This document shows, one piece after another, positions 17,914 through 26,098 of a DNA stretch of 40,339 nt (within the stretch, counting starts at the first letter, position 1; each line of letters begins with the position of its first letter). Under the pieces are notes generated by a model. It searched no databases. It saw nothing but the letters and a program-made list of their open reading frames with translations, and was not told the origin of the DNA. Origin of the DNA: an uncultured Burkholderiaceae bacterium (GTDB lineage Bacteria; Pseudomonadota; Gammaproteobacteria; Burkholderiales; Burkholderiaceae_F); the NCBI GenBank assembly GCA_937936215.1, contig CALGWX010000308.1:1-40339 (forward strand), in the 5' to 3' direction. Made by a program: the position numbers and the translations under genes.

Positions 17914-18326
17914 CCGCCAGCCCGATTCGGCTCGGCCAGGTCTCTCACTCGCGGCTTGTCGCCAGCCCGCCGCGTGTCGCGCTCACCGCCGTCGTGGCCA
18001 CGCGCGCCCTAGTCCTTCCTTTTTCAGGACTCGCGCCCGTCGGCGCTCGCGAGAGCTGCTGCCGCTGGCTGCCTCGCGTCAGCGCGCTGGGGATGAGCCC
18101 TCGGCGCATCGTGTTCTTCGGCTTGGGGCGAGGAGCGGCAACGCAGGAGGGCTGCGGCGCGGATGTGAAGGGCCTTCTTGCGGGCGGCCTTGGGCGGCCT
18201 CACCGTCTTGTGGCGGCGATGCGCCCGCCTGTTAATCGTCATCGCCGTCGGCTTTTTTTACAGTCGGCCGGCTGCCGACTCCCAACCCACGGCGCAAGGC
18301 TCTGATTCAAAAGCTTTCCTTCTTGT

Positions 18327-18342
18327 TGGCACGCGGCTTGCA
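18327..18342 (+). promoter_or_regulatory. Sigma-54 (-24/-12) promoter
   Basis: TGGCAC GCGGC TTGCA matches TGGCAC-N5-TTGCA at all specified positions. It ends 48 nt upstream of the ATG at 18391. Confidence 0.75.
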
Positions 18343-18390
18343 TGGCTCAAAGTCGACCTGGTTTCGGTCGATTTTTGAAAGGGGGTTCCC

Positions 18391-19209
18391 ATGCGTGTAC
18401 TGAAGACAGCCCTGTTGGCGTTTCTCACCGTCCCCGCGGCCACGGCCATGGCCGCGCCGGTGGTTTACAACCTGGCGCTGCCAAACATCTCGGTGTTCGA
18501 CAACGTCATCATCGGCACCGGATCGACGGTGCAGACTGCCCCGGTGGTGCAGAATCAAGCCGTGTACGCCTACACGGACATCAACGGCAACCCGGCGACC
18601 GTCACCGTGCGTCGCACCAGCAACCTGTCGGGCACCGCCACTCCCGACCAGGGTCCCTACACGAGTGGCAGTCTGTCCACGTCGGGCTGGATGTGGTTCA
18701 TCAACCCGGGTGGCTCGGCCGGTGGCGGCGTCGGCAGCCTTCCCAACATCCCCGGGTACACCAGTGGCCTGACGTTCGACTTCTCCTCGCCCGTCAACGC
18801 ATTCGGCTTCGAGGTCGGCGACTGGGCGACGTGCTGTTTCAATAACACTCGCCCTGGAAGCGTTGTGTCGGCCTACGGCGTGCCGGCGCAGGGTTCGGGC
18901 CTGTGGATCGCGTTCGACGGCGGCGCGGCGACGCTGCCGGCGAACGCGCTTGCTGCCACTGACAATCCAGGGAGGTTGTTGTCGTCGCCATCGTTTACGA
19001 ACTTCATCGGCGCGATCGACTCGTCGGGCTCCTTCAGCCGCGTGACGTTCTGGGGCGACGGCTTCGGTGAGTTCCTGGTCGCGGGCGGAACGCTGCGCTT
19101 CGCCTCGGTGCCGCTGGGTTCCGTCGGCGGCGTTCCGGAGCCGGCCTCCCTGGCGCTGGTCGGCCTGAGCCTGGCGGGTCTGGCCGCGGTTCGGCGTCGG
19201 CGCCAGTAG
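18391..19209 (+). CDS. PEP-CTERM sorting-domain secreted protein
   Basis: 272 aa. Signal peptide MRVLKTALLAFLTVPAATAMA|AP. The C-terminus VPEPASLALVGLSLAGLAAVRRRRQ has the PEP motif, a TM helix and an Arg cluster. RBS AAAGGGGG lies upstream. Confidence 0.88.
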   Translation: MRVLKTALLAFLTVPAATAMAAPVVYNLALPNISVFDNVIIGTGSTVQTAPVVQNQAVYAYTDINGNPATVTVRRTSNLSGTATPDQGPYTSGSLSTSGWMWFINPGGSAGGGVGSLPNIPGYTSGLTFDFSSPVNAFGFEVGDWATCCFNNTRPGSVVSAYGVPAQGSGLWIAFDGGAATLPANALAATDNPGRLLSSPSFTNFIGAIDSSGSFSRVTFWGDGFGEFLVAGGTLRFASVPLGSVGGVPEPASLALVGLSLAGLAAVRRRRQ

Positions 19210-19227
19210 TCGCCATCGTGCTCGTCG

Positions 19228-19254
19228 AAAGGGCGGCCTTGGCCGCCCTTTTTC
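19228..19254. terminator. Rho-independent terminator after the PEP-CTERM gene
   Basis: AAAGGGCGGCC-TT-GGCCGCCCTTTTT: a GC-rich palindromic hairpin flanked by an A run and a T run, 19 nt after the stop. Confidence 0.8.
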
Positions 19255-19532
19255 GTTGCTGGGAGCGCCCGGCGCTGCGGGTCCCGCGGCAGGAATGCAG
19301 GCCCCGCTGGATCGGTGAGCCGTTTACGCGCGGCACCGTTACCCTGCCGCCGAAGGCACGCGGCCCCGCATGGCCCGACCTGCTGGCGGTTACCGCAAAC
19401 GGCTGCACAGCGGCGGCTTGGCGTTGAGGCACCGGCATCGCGGCCGGCCCGCGCCCACCTGGCGCTGAGCCGCGGCGCGTGCTTGCCCTGCCGCATCAAC
19501 GGTGTGGCGAGAGAAAACGCGCACCCCGGCGC

Positions 19533-20291
19533 TCAGGGATTCAGCTGCCGGTACACCGCCGCCGCCACCGCCGACAACTCGGCGCGCTCAAGCTCTCCCG
19601 CCAGCGCATACCCCAGCGGCCCGTCGATCCAGTAGAACACGTTGGTCGCTCCCTGCTGGGCGAAGCGGAAGGCGGTGTCGCGCGCGGTGGGCTCGCGGCG
19701 CACCAACAGCGACAGCCGCTTGCCCTGCGCGTTCTCGTACATGAACAGCGCCACCGGCGCGGCGCCGGCTTCGCCCGCCGGCGGCAGCAGGCGGCCGCCG
19801 AGCAGGCTGTAGCCGAGCGCGGTGAGCGACGGCGCGCGCACCGGGGCGTTCAGCCGCTTCGACAGCCACGCCACCAGGTGCTGCTCGTCGCTCGCGGCCA
19901 CCTCCACCGGGTGGCGGACCTCCGGCACATAGGCGGCGTGGGCGATCGCGGCGTGGCGGGCGATGGGCACCGCGACAGTCGCAGTGCGCCCGCCCGGCCA
20001 CGCGGCGTGCAGCAGCGCGCCGAGCGCGGCGCCGCCGACGAAGGTCGCCGCCAGTGCCACGGGCCAGCGCCAGCGGCCGCGCGCCGGCGGGCCGAAGCGC
20101 AGCCGGTGCGGCTCGGCGAGGACATCGTCGAAGGCGCGCCGCAGCGCCTCGTTCTGGGCGCGATAGGCGGCCACGCGCGCGGCATCGTCGGGATGCGCGG
20201 CCAGGTGCGCCTCGACCGCGGCGCGTTCGGTGTCGTCCAGCGCGCCGTCGACGTAGGCGTGCAGTTGCTGCTCGTTCACGGGCACCACCAT
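19533..20291 (-). CDS. Anti-sigma factor (single-pass membrane protein)
   Basis: 252 aa. ATG at 20289-20291 overlaps the sigma-factor stop (ATGA). The N-terminus QQLHAYVDGALDDTERAAVEAHLAAHPDDAARVAAYRAQNEALR is an anti-sigma N-domain without the Cys pair. TM WPVALAATFVGGAALGALLHAAW, then a periplasmic C-domain. Confidence 0.8.
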   Translation of the reverse strand: MVVPVNEQQLHAYVDGALDDTERAAVEAHLAAHPDDAARVAAYRAQNEALRRAFDDVLAEPHRLRFGPPARGRWRWPVALAATFVGGAALGALLHAAWPGGRTATVAVPIARHAAIAHAAYVPEVRHPVEVAASDEQHLVAWLSKRLNAPVRAPSLTALGYSLLGGRLLPPAGEAGAAPVALFMYENAQGKRLSLLVRREPTARDTAFRFAQQGATNVFYWIDGPLGYALAGELERAELSAVAAAVYRQLNP

Positions 20292-20818
20292 CACTTCACG
20301 CGCCGCAGGCCGTGGGGGTTGGCCGCGTCGCCATCCAGCAGCTGGCGCAGGCGCTCGCGCCCGCGCGACAGCCGCGACATCACGGTGCCGATCGGCACGC
20401 CGATCACCTCGGCCGCCTCGGCATAGGAAAACTGCTCCAGCCCCACCAGCAGCACGACCTGCCGCTGCTCCTCGGGCAGGCGCAGCAGGGCATCGCGGAT
20501 CTGGCGCACAGCGAGCGCGGACTCGGCACTGGCCGCCTCGTCGCCGCGCTCGACGTGCGGCGCATCGCCATCGAGCGATGCCGCCGGCCGCGCGCGCCGC
20601 ACGCCGTTGACGAAAACGCTGTGCATCACCGCGAACAGCCATGCCCGCAGGTCGGTGCCCGGCTGCCACTGGTGGCGCTTGGCCCACGCGCGTTCGAGCG
20701 TGTCCTGCGTCAGGTCGTCGGCGGCGTCGCGGCTGCCGGTCAGCGCACGGGCGAAACGCCGCAGGCGCGGGATCAGGGCCTCGATGTCCGTCGCCGAGAA
20801 CGGGGCCATGGGCGTCAC
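20291..20818 (-). CDS. ECF (sigma-70 family) RNA polymerase sigma factor
   Basis: 175 aa. Region 2 (ADDLTQDTLERAWAKRHQW...LRAWLFAVMHSVFVN) and region 4 (LPEEQRQVVLLVGLEQFSYAEAAEVIGVPIGTVMSRLSRGRERLR). Confidence 0.9.
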   Translation of the reverse strand: MTPMAPFSATDIEALIPRLRRFARALTGSRDAADDLTQDTLERAWAKRHQWQPGTDLRAWLFAVMHSVFVNGVRRARPAASLDGDAPHVERGDEAASAESALAVRQIRDALLRLPEEQRQVVLLVGLEQFSYAEAAEVIGVPIGTVMSRLSRGRERLRQLLDGDAANPHGLRRVK

Positions 20819-20848
20819 CGGCGCTGAAGCAGTCGTTGCGGCGGCGAG

Positions 20849-21220
20849 CTACGGCCGCGCCAGCCGCCAGGTGTTGTTGCCGCCATCGCCGGTGCGGTCG
20901 CCGGGCTTCTGGTGCTTGCCCCAGCGATGCACCGGCTTTCCCTTGTCGGCCCACTGCCTGGCGCCATCGTCGGAGACGATGATCGTCCCGGCGCCAGAGG
21001 CGGTGGCGCCGGCCGCGGCCGGGAGCGGCGGCCAGTTGGCGTCGCAGGGGCCGTTGCACACGCTCTTGCCGGAGCCGGCGACGTCATGGTCCAAGGTGTA
21101 CGGGCTCATGCCGTCGGCGGTGACGAAGACGCCGTCGACGGCGTTGACCGTCGCGCCGGCGGCCAGCGCGGTCGCGGCGAATAAGAGGGCGGCGAGGAAG
21201 GCCTGAGCGCTGCCATGCAT
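20849..21220 (-). CDS. COG4315-type secreted protein (Yx[FWY]xxD-repeat lipoprotein family)
   Basis: 123 aa from ATG at 21218-21220. Signal peptide, then SPYTLDHDVAGSGKSVCNGPCDANWPPL and DDGARQWADKGKPVHRWGKHQKPGDRTGDG. Recognised from memory of the family pattern. Confidence 0.65.
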   Translation of the reverse strand: MHGSAQAFLAALLFAATALAAGATVNAVDGVFVTADGMSPYTLDHDVAGSGKSVCNGPCDANWPPLPAAAGATASGAGTIIVSDDGARQWADKGKPVHRWGKHQKPGDRTGDGGNNTWRLARP

Positions 21221-21288
21221 GGGTCTTTCCGGTCGGATTGGCGATGCCAAGTAGAACACCGCGCCCGCGGGGGGCATTCCAGCGGTAG

Positions 21289-23322
21289 TCAGATCTCCAG
21301 CGGGTCGACCTCGATCTGCCACCGCACCCGCGGGCCGCGCGGCGGTTCGGCCTCGCGCAGCCGCGCCAGCCACGCGCGCAGGAAGCCCTGCAAGGCACTG
21401 CGGCGCGGCGCCTCGGCGAGCATCTGGGCGCGGAAGACGCCGGCCAGTCGCTCTAGCGGCATCGGCACCGGGTCGTACAGCGTGGCCTCCACGTCAAGCG
21501 CGCGGCCGAGGGCACGCGCGTGCGCGAGAAAATCCAGCGCGGCCTGAAGCGTCCTGGCCTGCGCGGTGAGCAGCGCCTGCGGCCGGTAGGGCGGCATGCC
21601 GGCGGCCTGGCGCTCGGCCAACTGGCTGCGCGCGAAGCCCTCGTAGTCGAAGCGGCGCAGGGCCGCGAACAGCGGGTGCTCCGGGAAACGCGTCTGCACC
21701 AGCAAGCGGCTCGGCAGGCCGCTGCGGCCGGCGCGGCCCGCCACTTGCACGATGGTGGAGAACAGCCGCTCCGGGGCGCGAAAGTCGTGCGAGACGAGCT
21801 GCGCGTCGGCGTTGACGATGCCCACCAGCGTCACGCGCTGGAAGTCGTGCCCCTTGGCGATCATCTGCGTGCCCACCAGCACGTCGGTCGCGCCCTCGTG
21901 CACGGCGGCGAGCGCCGCGTCGGCGGCGCCGCGGCGGCGGGTGCTGTCGCGGTCGATGCGCAGGATGCGCGCGCCCGGCAGCGCGCCGGCCAGCGCCTCC
22001 TCGATCCGCTGCGTGCCCTGGCCCACGGCCTGCAGGTTCTGGTTGCCGCAGGTGGGGCAGGCGCGCGGCACCCGGCTGTGCCAGCCGCAATGGTGGCAGT
22101 GCAGGGCGCCATCGCTCTTGTGATAGGCGGCATACACGGCGCAGCGCGGGCAGGCCGAAAGCCAGCCGCACGCCTCGCAGGCGACCACCGGCGCGTAGCC
22201 GCGGCGGTTGATGAACACCAGCGCCTGCTCGCCGCGCGCCACGGTCTCTGCGATGGCCGTCCGTAGCGGCTCGGTCAGCCCGCTGGTGGGCTTGTGCTGG
22301 CCCAGGTCGATCATCTCCACCTGCGGCTGCGCCGCCTCGGTGGCGCGGCGCGGCAGCCGCAGCAGGCGGTAGCGGCCACGCATCGCCTGCGCCCAGCTTT
22401 CGAGCGCCGGGGTGGCCGAGCCGAGCACGACCGGGATGCCGAGCATCTGCGCGCGCTTGACTGCCAGGTCGCGGGCGGAATAGCGGACGCCGTCGCCCGC
22501 CTTGTACGAGGGGTCGTGCTCCTCGTCGACGACGATCAGCCGCAGCCGCGGCAGCGACGCGAAGACCGCCAGCCGCGTGCCGAGCACGATGCGGGCGCGG
22601 CCCTCGTGCGCCGCCAGCCAGGCGGCGGAGCGCTCGGCATCTGCCAGCCCGCTGTGCAGGCAGGCAATCGGCTCGCCCGGGAAGCGCGCCCGCAGGCGCG
22701 ACTGCAGCTGGGGCGTGAGGCCAATCTCCGGCACCAGCAGCAGCGCCTGCGCGCGCGGGTCAGCCGCGAGCAGGTGCTCGATCGCGGCGAGGTAGACCTC
22801 GGTCTTGCCGCTGCCGGTCACCCCGTGCAGCAGGAACGGCGCGAAGCCGGCGGTGGCCATCACCGCCTCGGCCGCGGCGCGCTGCTCGTCGTTCAGCGGC
22901 GGCAGGACTGGGGCAGGCGCTTGGGCTGCCGCCTCAGGCGCCGCGGTGCGCAGCCGTGCGACGGCCGCCGCCCAGCGCGGGCCGGGCAACGCGCGCAGGA
23001 ACGGCGGCAGCGCGGCCACCGCCACCTGGCCCCAGGGATGCTGGTAGTAGTCGGCGGCGAAGCGGGTGAACTCCAGCCAGTCGTTGCCCAGCGGTGCGAC
23101 CTCATCGAGCCAGCGGCGGACAGGCCGGAGCCGCTCCTCGCCGACACCGGCCATCGCGCTGCGGGCCACGCACAGCCCCATCGACTGCCGGCGGCCGACG
23201 CCGACGACGCAGCACCGGCCGGGTTCGGCGAGGGCGTCGCTGTCGCCAATCCGATACGTCAGTGGCTGCGGCAGCGGCAAATCGATGACGACCTCGGCGT
23301 AAGGATGGGCTGAGACGGCCAT
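21289..23322 (-). CDS. priA: Primosomal protein N' (replication restart helicase PriA)
   Basis: 677 aa. Walker A HGVTGSGKTEVY, DEEH box, a Cys-rich zinc region (CEACGWLSACPRCAVYAAYHKSDGALHCHHCGW...CPTCG) and a helicase C-domain. Confidence 0.95.
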   Translation of the reverse strand: MAVSAHPYAEVVIDLPLPQPLTYRIGDSDALAEPGRCCVVGVGRRQSMGLCVARSAMAGVGEERLRPVRRWLDEVAPLGNDWLEFTRFAADYYQHPWGQVAVAALPPFLRALPGPRWAAAVARLRTAAPEAAAQAPAPVLPPLNDEQRAAAEAVMATAGFAPFLLHGVTGSGKTEVYLAAIEHLLAADPRAQALLLVPEIGLTPQLQSRLRARFPGEPIACLHSGLADAERSAAWLAAHEGRARIVLGTRLAVFASLPRLRLIVVDEEHDPSYKAGDGVRYSARDLAVKRAQMLGIPVVLGSATPALESWAQAMRGRYRLLRLPRRATEAAQPQVEMIDLGQHKPTSGLTEPLRTAIAETVARGEQALVFINRRGYAPVVACEACGWLSACPRCAVYAAYHKSDGALHCHHCGWHSRVPRACPTCGNQNLQAVGQGTQRIEEALAGALPGARILRIDRDSTRRRGAADAALAAVHEGATDVLVGTQMIAKGHDFQRVTLVGIVNADAQLVSHDFRAPERLFSTIVQVAGRAGRSGLPSRLLVQTRFPEHPLFAALRRFDYEGFARSQLAERQAAGMPPYRPQALLTAQARTLQAALDFLAHARALGRALDVEATLYDPVPMPLERLAGVFRAQMLAEAPRRSALQGFLRAWLARLREAEPPRGPRVRWQIEVDPLEI

Positions 23323-23398
23323 CGAGATTCGAGTGGAATGCGAAGTTTTGGCTGCAACTCGCTGTTTTATCTTGGCTTCGTGACTAGGGCCGAAATGC

Positions 23399-23595
23399 TG
23401 TGGACAATTCTGTGGAGAAGGTGGCGATGTAGCTTCCGGCAGTGAAGCCGCCGCGCTTTATCCACAGCGGATGGGCAGGTCCGTATTGGCGAGCCTTTTT
23501 TGAAATCAACGACTTGGCGACCGGAAAGCCGGCGCTTACCCCTGCCGCAGGCGCCGAACGGCGAAATCGCTGGCGGATCGCGGCTTTGTGAATAA
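23399..23595. promoter_or_regulatory. Cluster of four DnaA-box-like 9-mers in the hemE-priA spacer
   Basis: TTATCCACA (23458-23466, a perfect match). TGTGAATAA (23587-23595; rc TTATTCACA fits TTATNCACA). TGTGGACAA (23399-23407) and TGTGGAGAA (23411-23419) each have one mismatch at position 3 of the reverse complement. Confidence 0.45.
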
Positions 23596-23645
23596 GTCAA
23601 GGGGTAGACGCACCTTCGCGCCCCGCCGCCCGCAGCGCCGCAGGT

Positions 23646-24716
23646 TCAGGCCCGCAGGCGCCGGCTGATGTCGTGCACCGCCTCGACGAGAGTCATCACG
23701 GCCTCCGGGGGCGTGTGCTGCGAGATGCCGTGGCCCAGATTGAAGACGTGGCCGCTACCGGAGCTTGGCCTTCCGAAAGAAGTGAGTGCGTGCTCCACCT
23801 CGCGCCGAATGCCGGCGTCGTCGGCAAAGAGCACCATGGGATCGAGGTTGCCCTGCAGGGCGCAACGGTCGCCGATGCGGGCGCGGGCGGCACCGAGGTT
23901 GACGGTCCAGTCCAGGCCGATGGCGTCGCAGCCGCTGTCGGCGATCTGTTCCAACCACAGCCCACCGCCCTTGGTGAAGACGATGGTGGGTATGCGCTCA
24001 CCTTCGTGCTGGCGCTTGACTCGGCTCAGCACGTCGCGAATGTACGCGAGCGAAAACGCCTGGTAGGCGCCATCGGCCAGCGCCCCGCCCCAAGTGTCGA
24101 AGATCATCACCGCCTGGGCGCCGGCTTCGATCTGCGCGTTCAGGTAATCGGCCACCGCCGCACTGTTGACCGCCAGGATGCGGTGCAACAGATCGGGCCG
24201 ACGGTAGAGCATGGTCTTGATCAGCCGGAAGTCGTCGGAGCCGCCGCCTTCGACCATGTAGCAGGCCAACGTGAAAGGGCTGCCGGAGAAGCCGATCAGG
24301 GGCACGCGGTTGGCGAGCGCCCGCCGAATCTCGCGCACGGCGTCCATCACGTAGCCCAGGGCGCTGGCCATGTCGGGCACGGACAGGCGAGCGACATCCG
24401 CCTCGGTTCGCAGCGGCCGCTCGAAGCGCGGCCCCTCGCCCTCGGCAAAGAACAGGCCGAGGCCCATGGCGTCCGGCACGGTGAGGATGTCGGAGAACAG
24501 GATCGCGGCGTCGAGCGGGTACCGCTCCAGCGGTTGTAGGGTCACTTCGGTCGCCAGTGCCGGCGACTTGGCCAGCGCGAGGAAACTGCCGGCGCGGGCG
24601 CGCGTGGCGCGATACTCCGGCAGGTAGCGGCCCGCCTGGCGCATCAGCCACACCGGGGTGTATTCAGTCGGTTGGCGCAAAAGGGCGCGCAGCAGGGTGT
24701 CGTTCTTGGGTCGCAC
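23646..24716 (-). CDS. hemE: Uroporphyrinogen decarboxylase HemE
   Basis: 356 aa from GTG at 24714-24716 (V)[38 protein letters not shown]..., the canonical HemE N-terminus. The upstream part of the 537-aa track ORF is Arg/Lys-rich shadow sequence. Confidence 0.93.
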   Translation of the reverse strand: MRPKNDTLLRALLRQPTEYTPVWLMRQAGRYLPEYRATRARAGSFLALAKSPALATEVTLQPLERYPLDAAILFSDILTVPDAMGLGLFFAEGEGPRFERPLRTEADVARLSVPDMASALGYVMDAVREIRRALANRVPLIGFSGSPFTLACYMVEGGGSDDFRLIKTMLYRRPDLLHRILAVNSAAVADYLNAQIEAGAQAVMIFDTWGGALADGAYQAFSLAYIRDVLSRVKRQHEGERIPTIVFTKGGGLWLEQIADSGCDAIGLDWTVNLGAARARIGDRCALQGNLDPMVLFADDAGIRREVEHALTSFGRPSSGSGHVFNLGHGISQHTPPEAVMTLVEAVHDISRRLRA

Positions 24717-24794
24717 GGACGGAGCGGAGCGGCGTTGGCGCAGGCGAAAAAGCCGGAGGATTCTCGCACGGGCCCCTCGCCTGAAGGCTCGTGG

Positions 24795-25073
24795 TTGCGC
24801 GAGCAGGACACGAGCGTGCTCCTGTTCGTGCATCTGCAGCCCGGCGCACGCCACAGCGCCGTGCGTGGTGTCCACGGCACCCGCCTGAAGATCGCGGTCG
24901 CGGCGCCACCGCTCGAGGGGCGGGCCAACGAGGCACTGGTCGCCTGGATCGCCGACAGGCTGCGGGTGCCGCGGCAACGGGTGAGGATCGCGGCGGGCGA
25001 GCGCAGCCGCGACAAGACGGTGCAGATCGAGGGGATTTCTGCCGCCGAAGCGGTTCGCCAGCTGGCGGCGTAG
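24795..25073 (+). CDS. DUF167 / YggU-family protein
   Basis: [69 protein letters not shown] matches the YggU pattern. The start is uncertain: TTG at 24795 (preceded by GAAGG) or TTG at 24735 (preceded by GGAG). Confidence 0.7.
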   Translation: MREQDTSVLLFVHLQPGARHSAVRGVHGTRLKIAVAAPPLEGRANEALVAWIADRLRVPRQRVRIAAGERSRDKTVQIEGISAAEAVRQLAA

Positions 25074-25075
25074 AC

Positions 25076-25108
25076 AAAAAAAGGGCGGAGAAGACTCCGC
25101 CCTTCTTG
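25076..25108. terminator. Bidirectional rho-independent terminator
   Basis: AAAAAAA-GGGCGGAG-AAGA-CTCCGCCC-TTCTTGT lies between the convergent DUF167 gene (stop 25071-25073) and the small Lys/Glu-rich gene (stop 25123-25125). The T run is stronger on the minus strand. Confidence 0.8.
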
Positions 25109-25122
25109 TAGCGAGCGCCCGT

Positions 25123-25296
25123 TTACTTCTTGGCGGCGCCTTCCTTCTTCTCTTCCTTCTTCTCTTCCTTCTTGGCCTCAACCTTCTTCTCTTCCTTCTT
25201 GGCCTCGACCTTCTTTTCTTCCTTCTTGGCATCGGCCGCGAAGGCGGTGCCAGCCGCAAAAACGGCGGCGATCAGCGCCGCAAGAACCTTGGTCAT
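25123..25296 (-). CDS. Small secreted Lys/Glu-repeat protein (57 aa)
   Basis: [20 protein letters not shown]|[37 protein letters not shown]. Clear signal peptide with an AFA|A cleavage site, ATG at 25294-25296 and a terminator downstream. Confidence 0.65.
   Translation of the reverse strand: MTKVLAALIAAVFAAGTAFAADAKKEEKKVEAKKEEKKVEAKKEEKKEEKKEGAAKK
25156..25236 (-). repeat. Three tandem 27-nt units inside the small Lys/Glu-rich gene
   Basis: Plus strand: CTTCTTCTCTTCCTTCTTGGCCTCAAC / CTTCTTCTCTTCCTTCTTGGCCTCGAC / CTTCTTTTCTTCCTTCTTGGCATCGGC (25156-25182, 25183-25209, 25210-25236). Each unit encodes a KKEEKKVEA-type repeat. Confidence 0.9.
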
Positions 25297-25427
25297 GTCA
25301 ATCCCCATATGCGTTGAAAGGTTGCTCAAGTCGCTCGCTCGGCGACCGACCGGGCGCCGAGACGAACAGTAAGCATAAACGCCTACGCGTATTCCCGGTT
25401 GACACCCCGGGCAAAATCTTCGCCTTG

Positions 25428-26009
25428 TTACTCGAGCAGTTGCGGCAACGCCAAAGTGCGAATCTGAAAACGGTTGTCGTCCCGAAACAACCACGTTTCA
25501 GTAAACCGAACCGCGCCGCGGCTGGCGAGCATGCGCGGCGGCGGTGGCAGCGGCGAAGCCGCCTGGGCCGTCCGCACGGCCTCGGCACCCAGGTTCCGGG
25601 CGTGATCCGGAGCCCGCATGACCGTCGCCCGTAGCAGGCGCCCGTCTGCCCCCACGGTCAGTTCGAGCACGACCACCGCCTTGAGCGGGTTGGGCGGGCG
25701 GCCATCGAACACCCGCTCGCGATTGGCGGCGACGATGTGCTCGGCGAGCGTCCTCCGCCACTGCTGCTCGGTCTCGGGCTCGGCCGGCTTGCGCGCCGAA
25801 GGTGCCGCTGCCTGCGGCGACGGGGCGGACGGCTGTGGCGCAGGCGGCGGCGACGGCGGGCGCGACGGTGGCGGCACCGGCGTCGGAGCGCAGGCGCTCA
25901 GGCCGAGCAGAACCGGCATCAGCAGGCCGAAGGCGCGCCACGCGCGCTGCAGCCGGCTGGTCGGGATGAGCGGTGCCGAGGCGCCTCGGGGACGGTCGAG
26001 GCGAATCAT
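25428..26009 (-). CDS. TonB C-terminal-domain-like lipoprotein
   Basis: 193 aa from ATG at 26007-26009. Lipobox LLGLSAC, a Pro-rich spacer (PTPVPPPSRPPSPPPAPQPSAPSP), then a TonB_C-like domain (LKAVVVLELTVGADGRLLRATVMRAPDH...AVRTAQAASPLPPPP). Confidence 0.65.
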   Translation of the reverse strand: MIRLDRPRGASAPLIPTSRLQRAWRAFGLLMPVLLGLSACAPTPVPPPSRPPSPPPAPQPSAPSPQAAAPSARKPAEPETEQQWRRTLAEHIVAANRERVFDGRPPNPLKAVVVLELTVGADGRLLRATVMRAPDHARNLGAEAVRTAQAASPLPPPPRMLASRGAVRFTETWLFRDDNRFQIRTLALPQLLE

Positions 26010-26098
26010 GGGCACAGTCCGATCCGGTGCATGGGCAAGTGTCGTGCAGGCAGCAGCCGAACGGCCGGTCATCGTCAACCGCTGCGCCTTCGCGACCA

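Noticed and set aside
18182-18200. The tandem 10-mer GGGCGGCCTT GGGCGGCCT and a nearby 7-bp inverted repeat (GGCGATG...CATCGCC, 18214-18246), considered as possible enhancer sites.
   Set aside because: They are too short and too GC-rich to distinguish from background without comparative data. They are mentioned only as places to look for a UAS.
18024-18242. A 72-aa minus-strand ORF starting MTINRRAHRRHKTVRPPKAARKK, in the region upstream of the PEP-CTERM gene.
   Set aside because: It has no SD, no recognisable family and highly basic low-complexity composition. The region is more plausibly the enhancer/promoter region of the sigma-54 gene.
23367-23600. A 77-aa minus-strand ORF in the hemE-priA spacer.
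   Set aside because: Atypical composition and no motif. It spans the DnaA-box cluster, so a non-coding regulatory role fits better.
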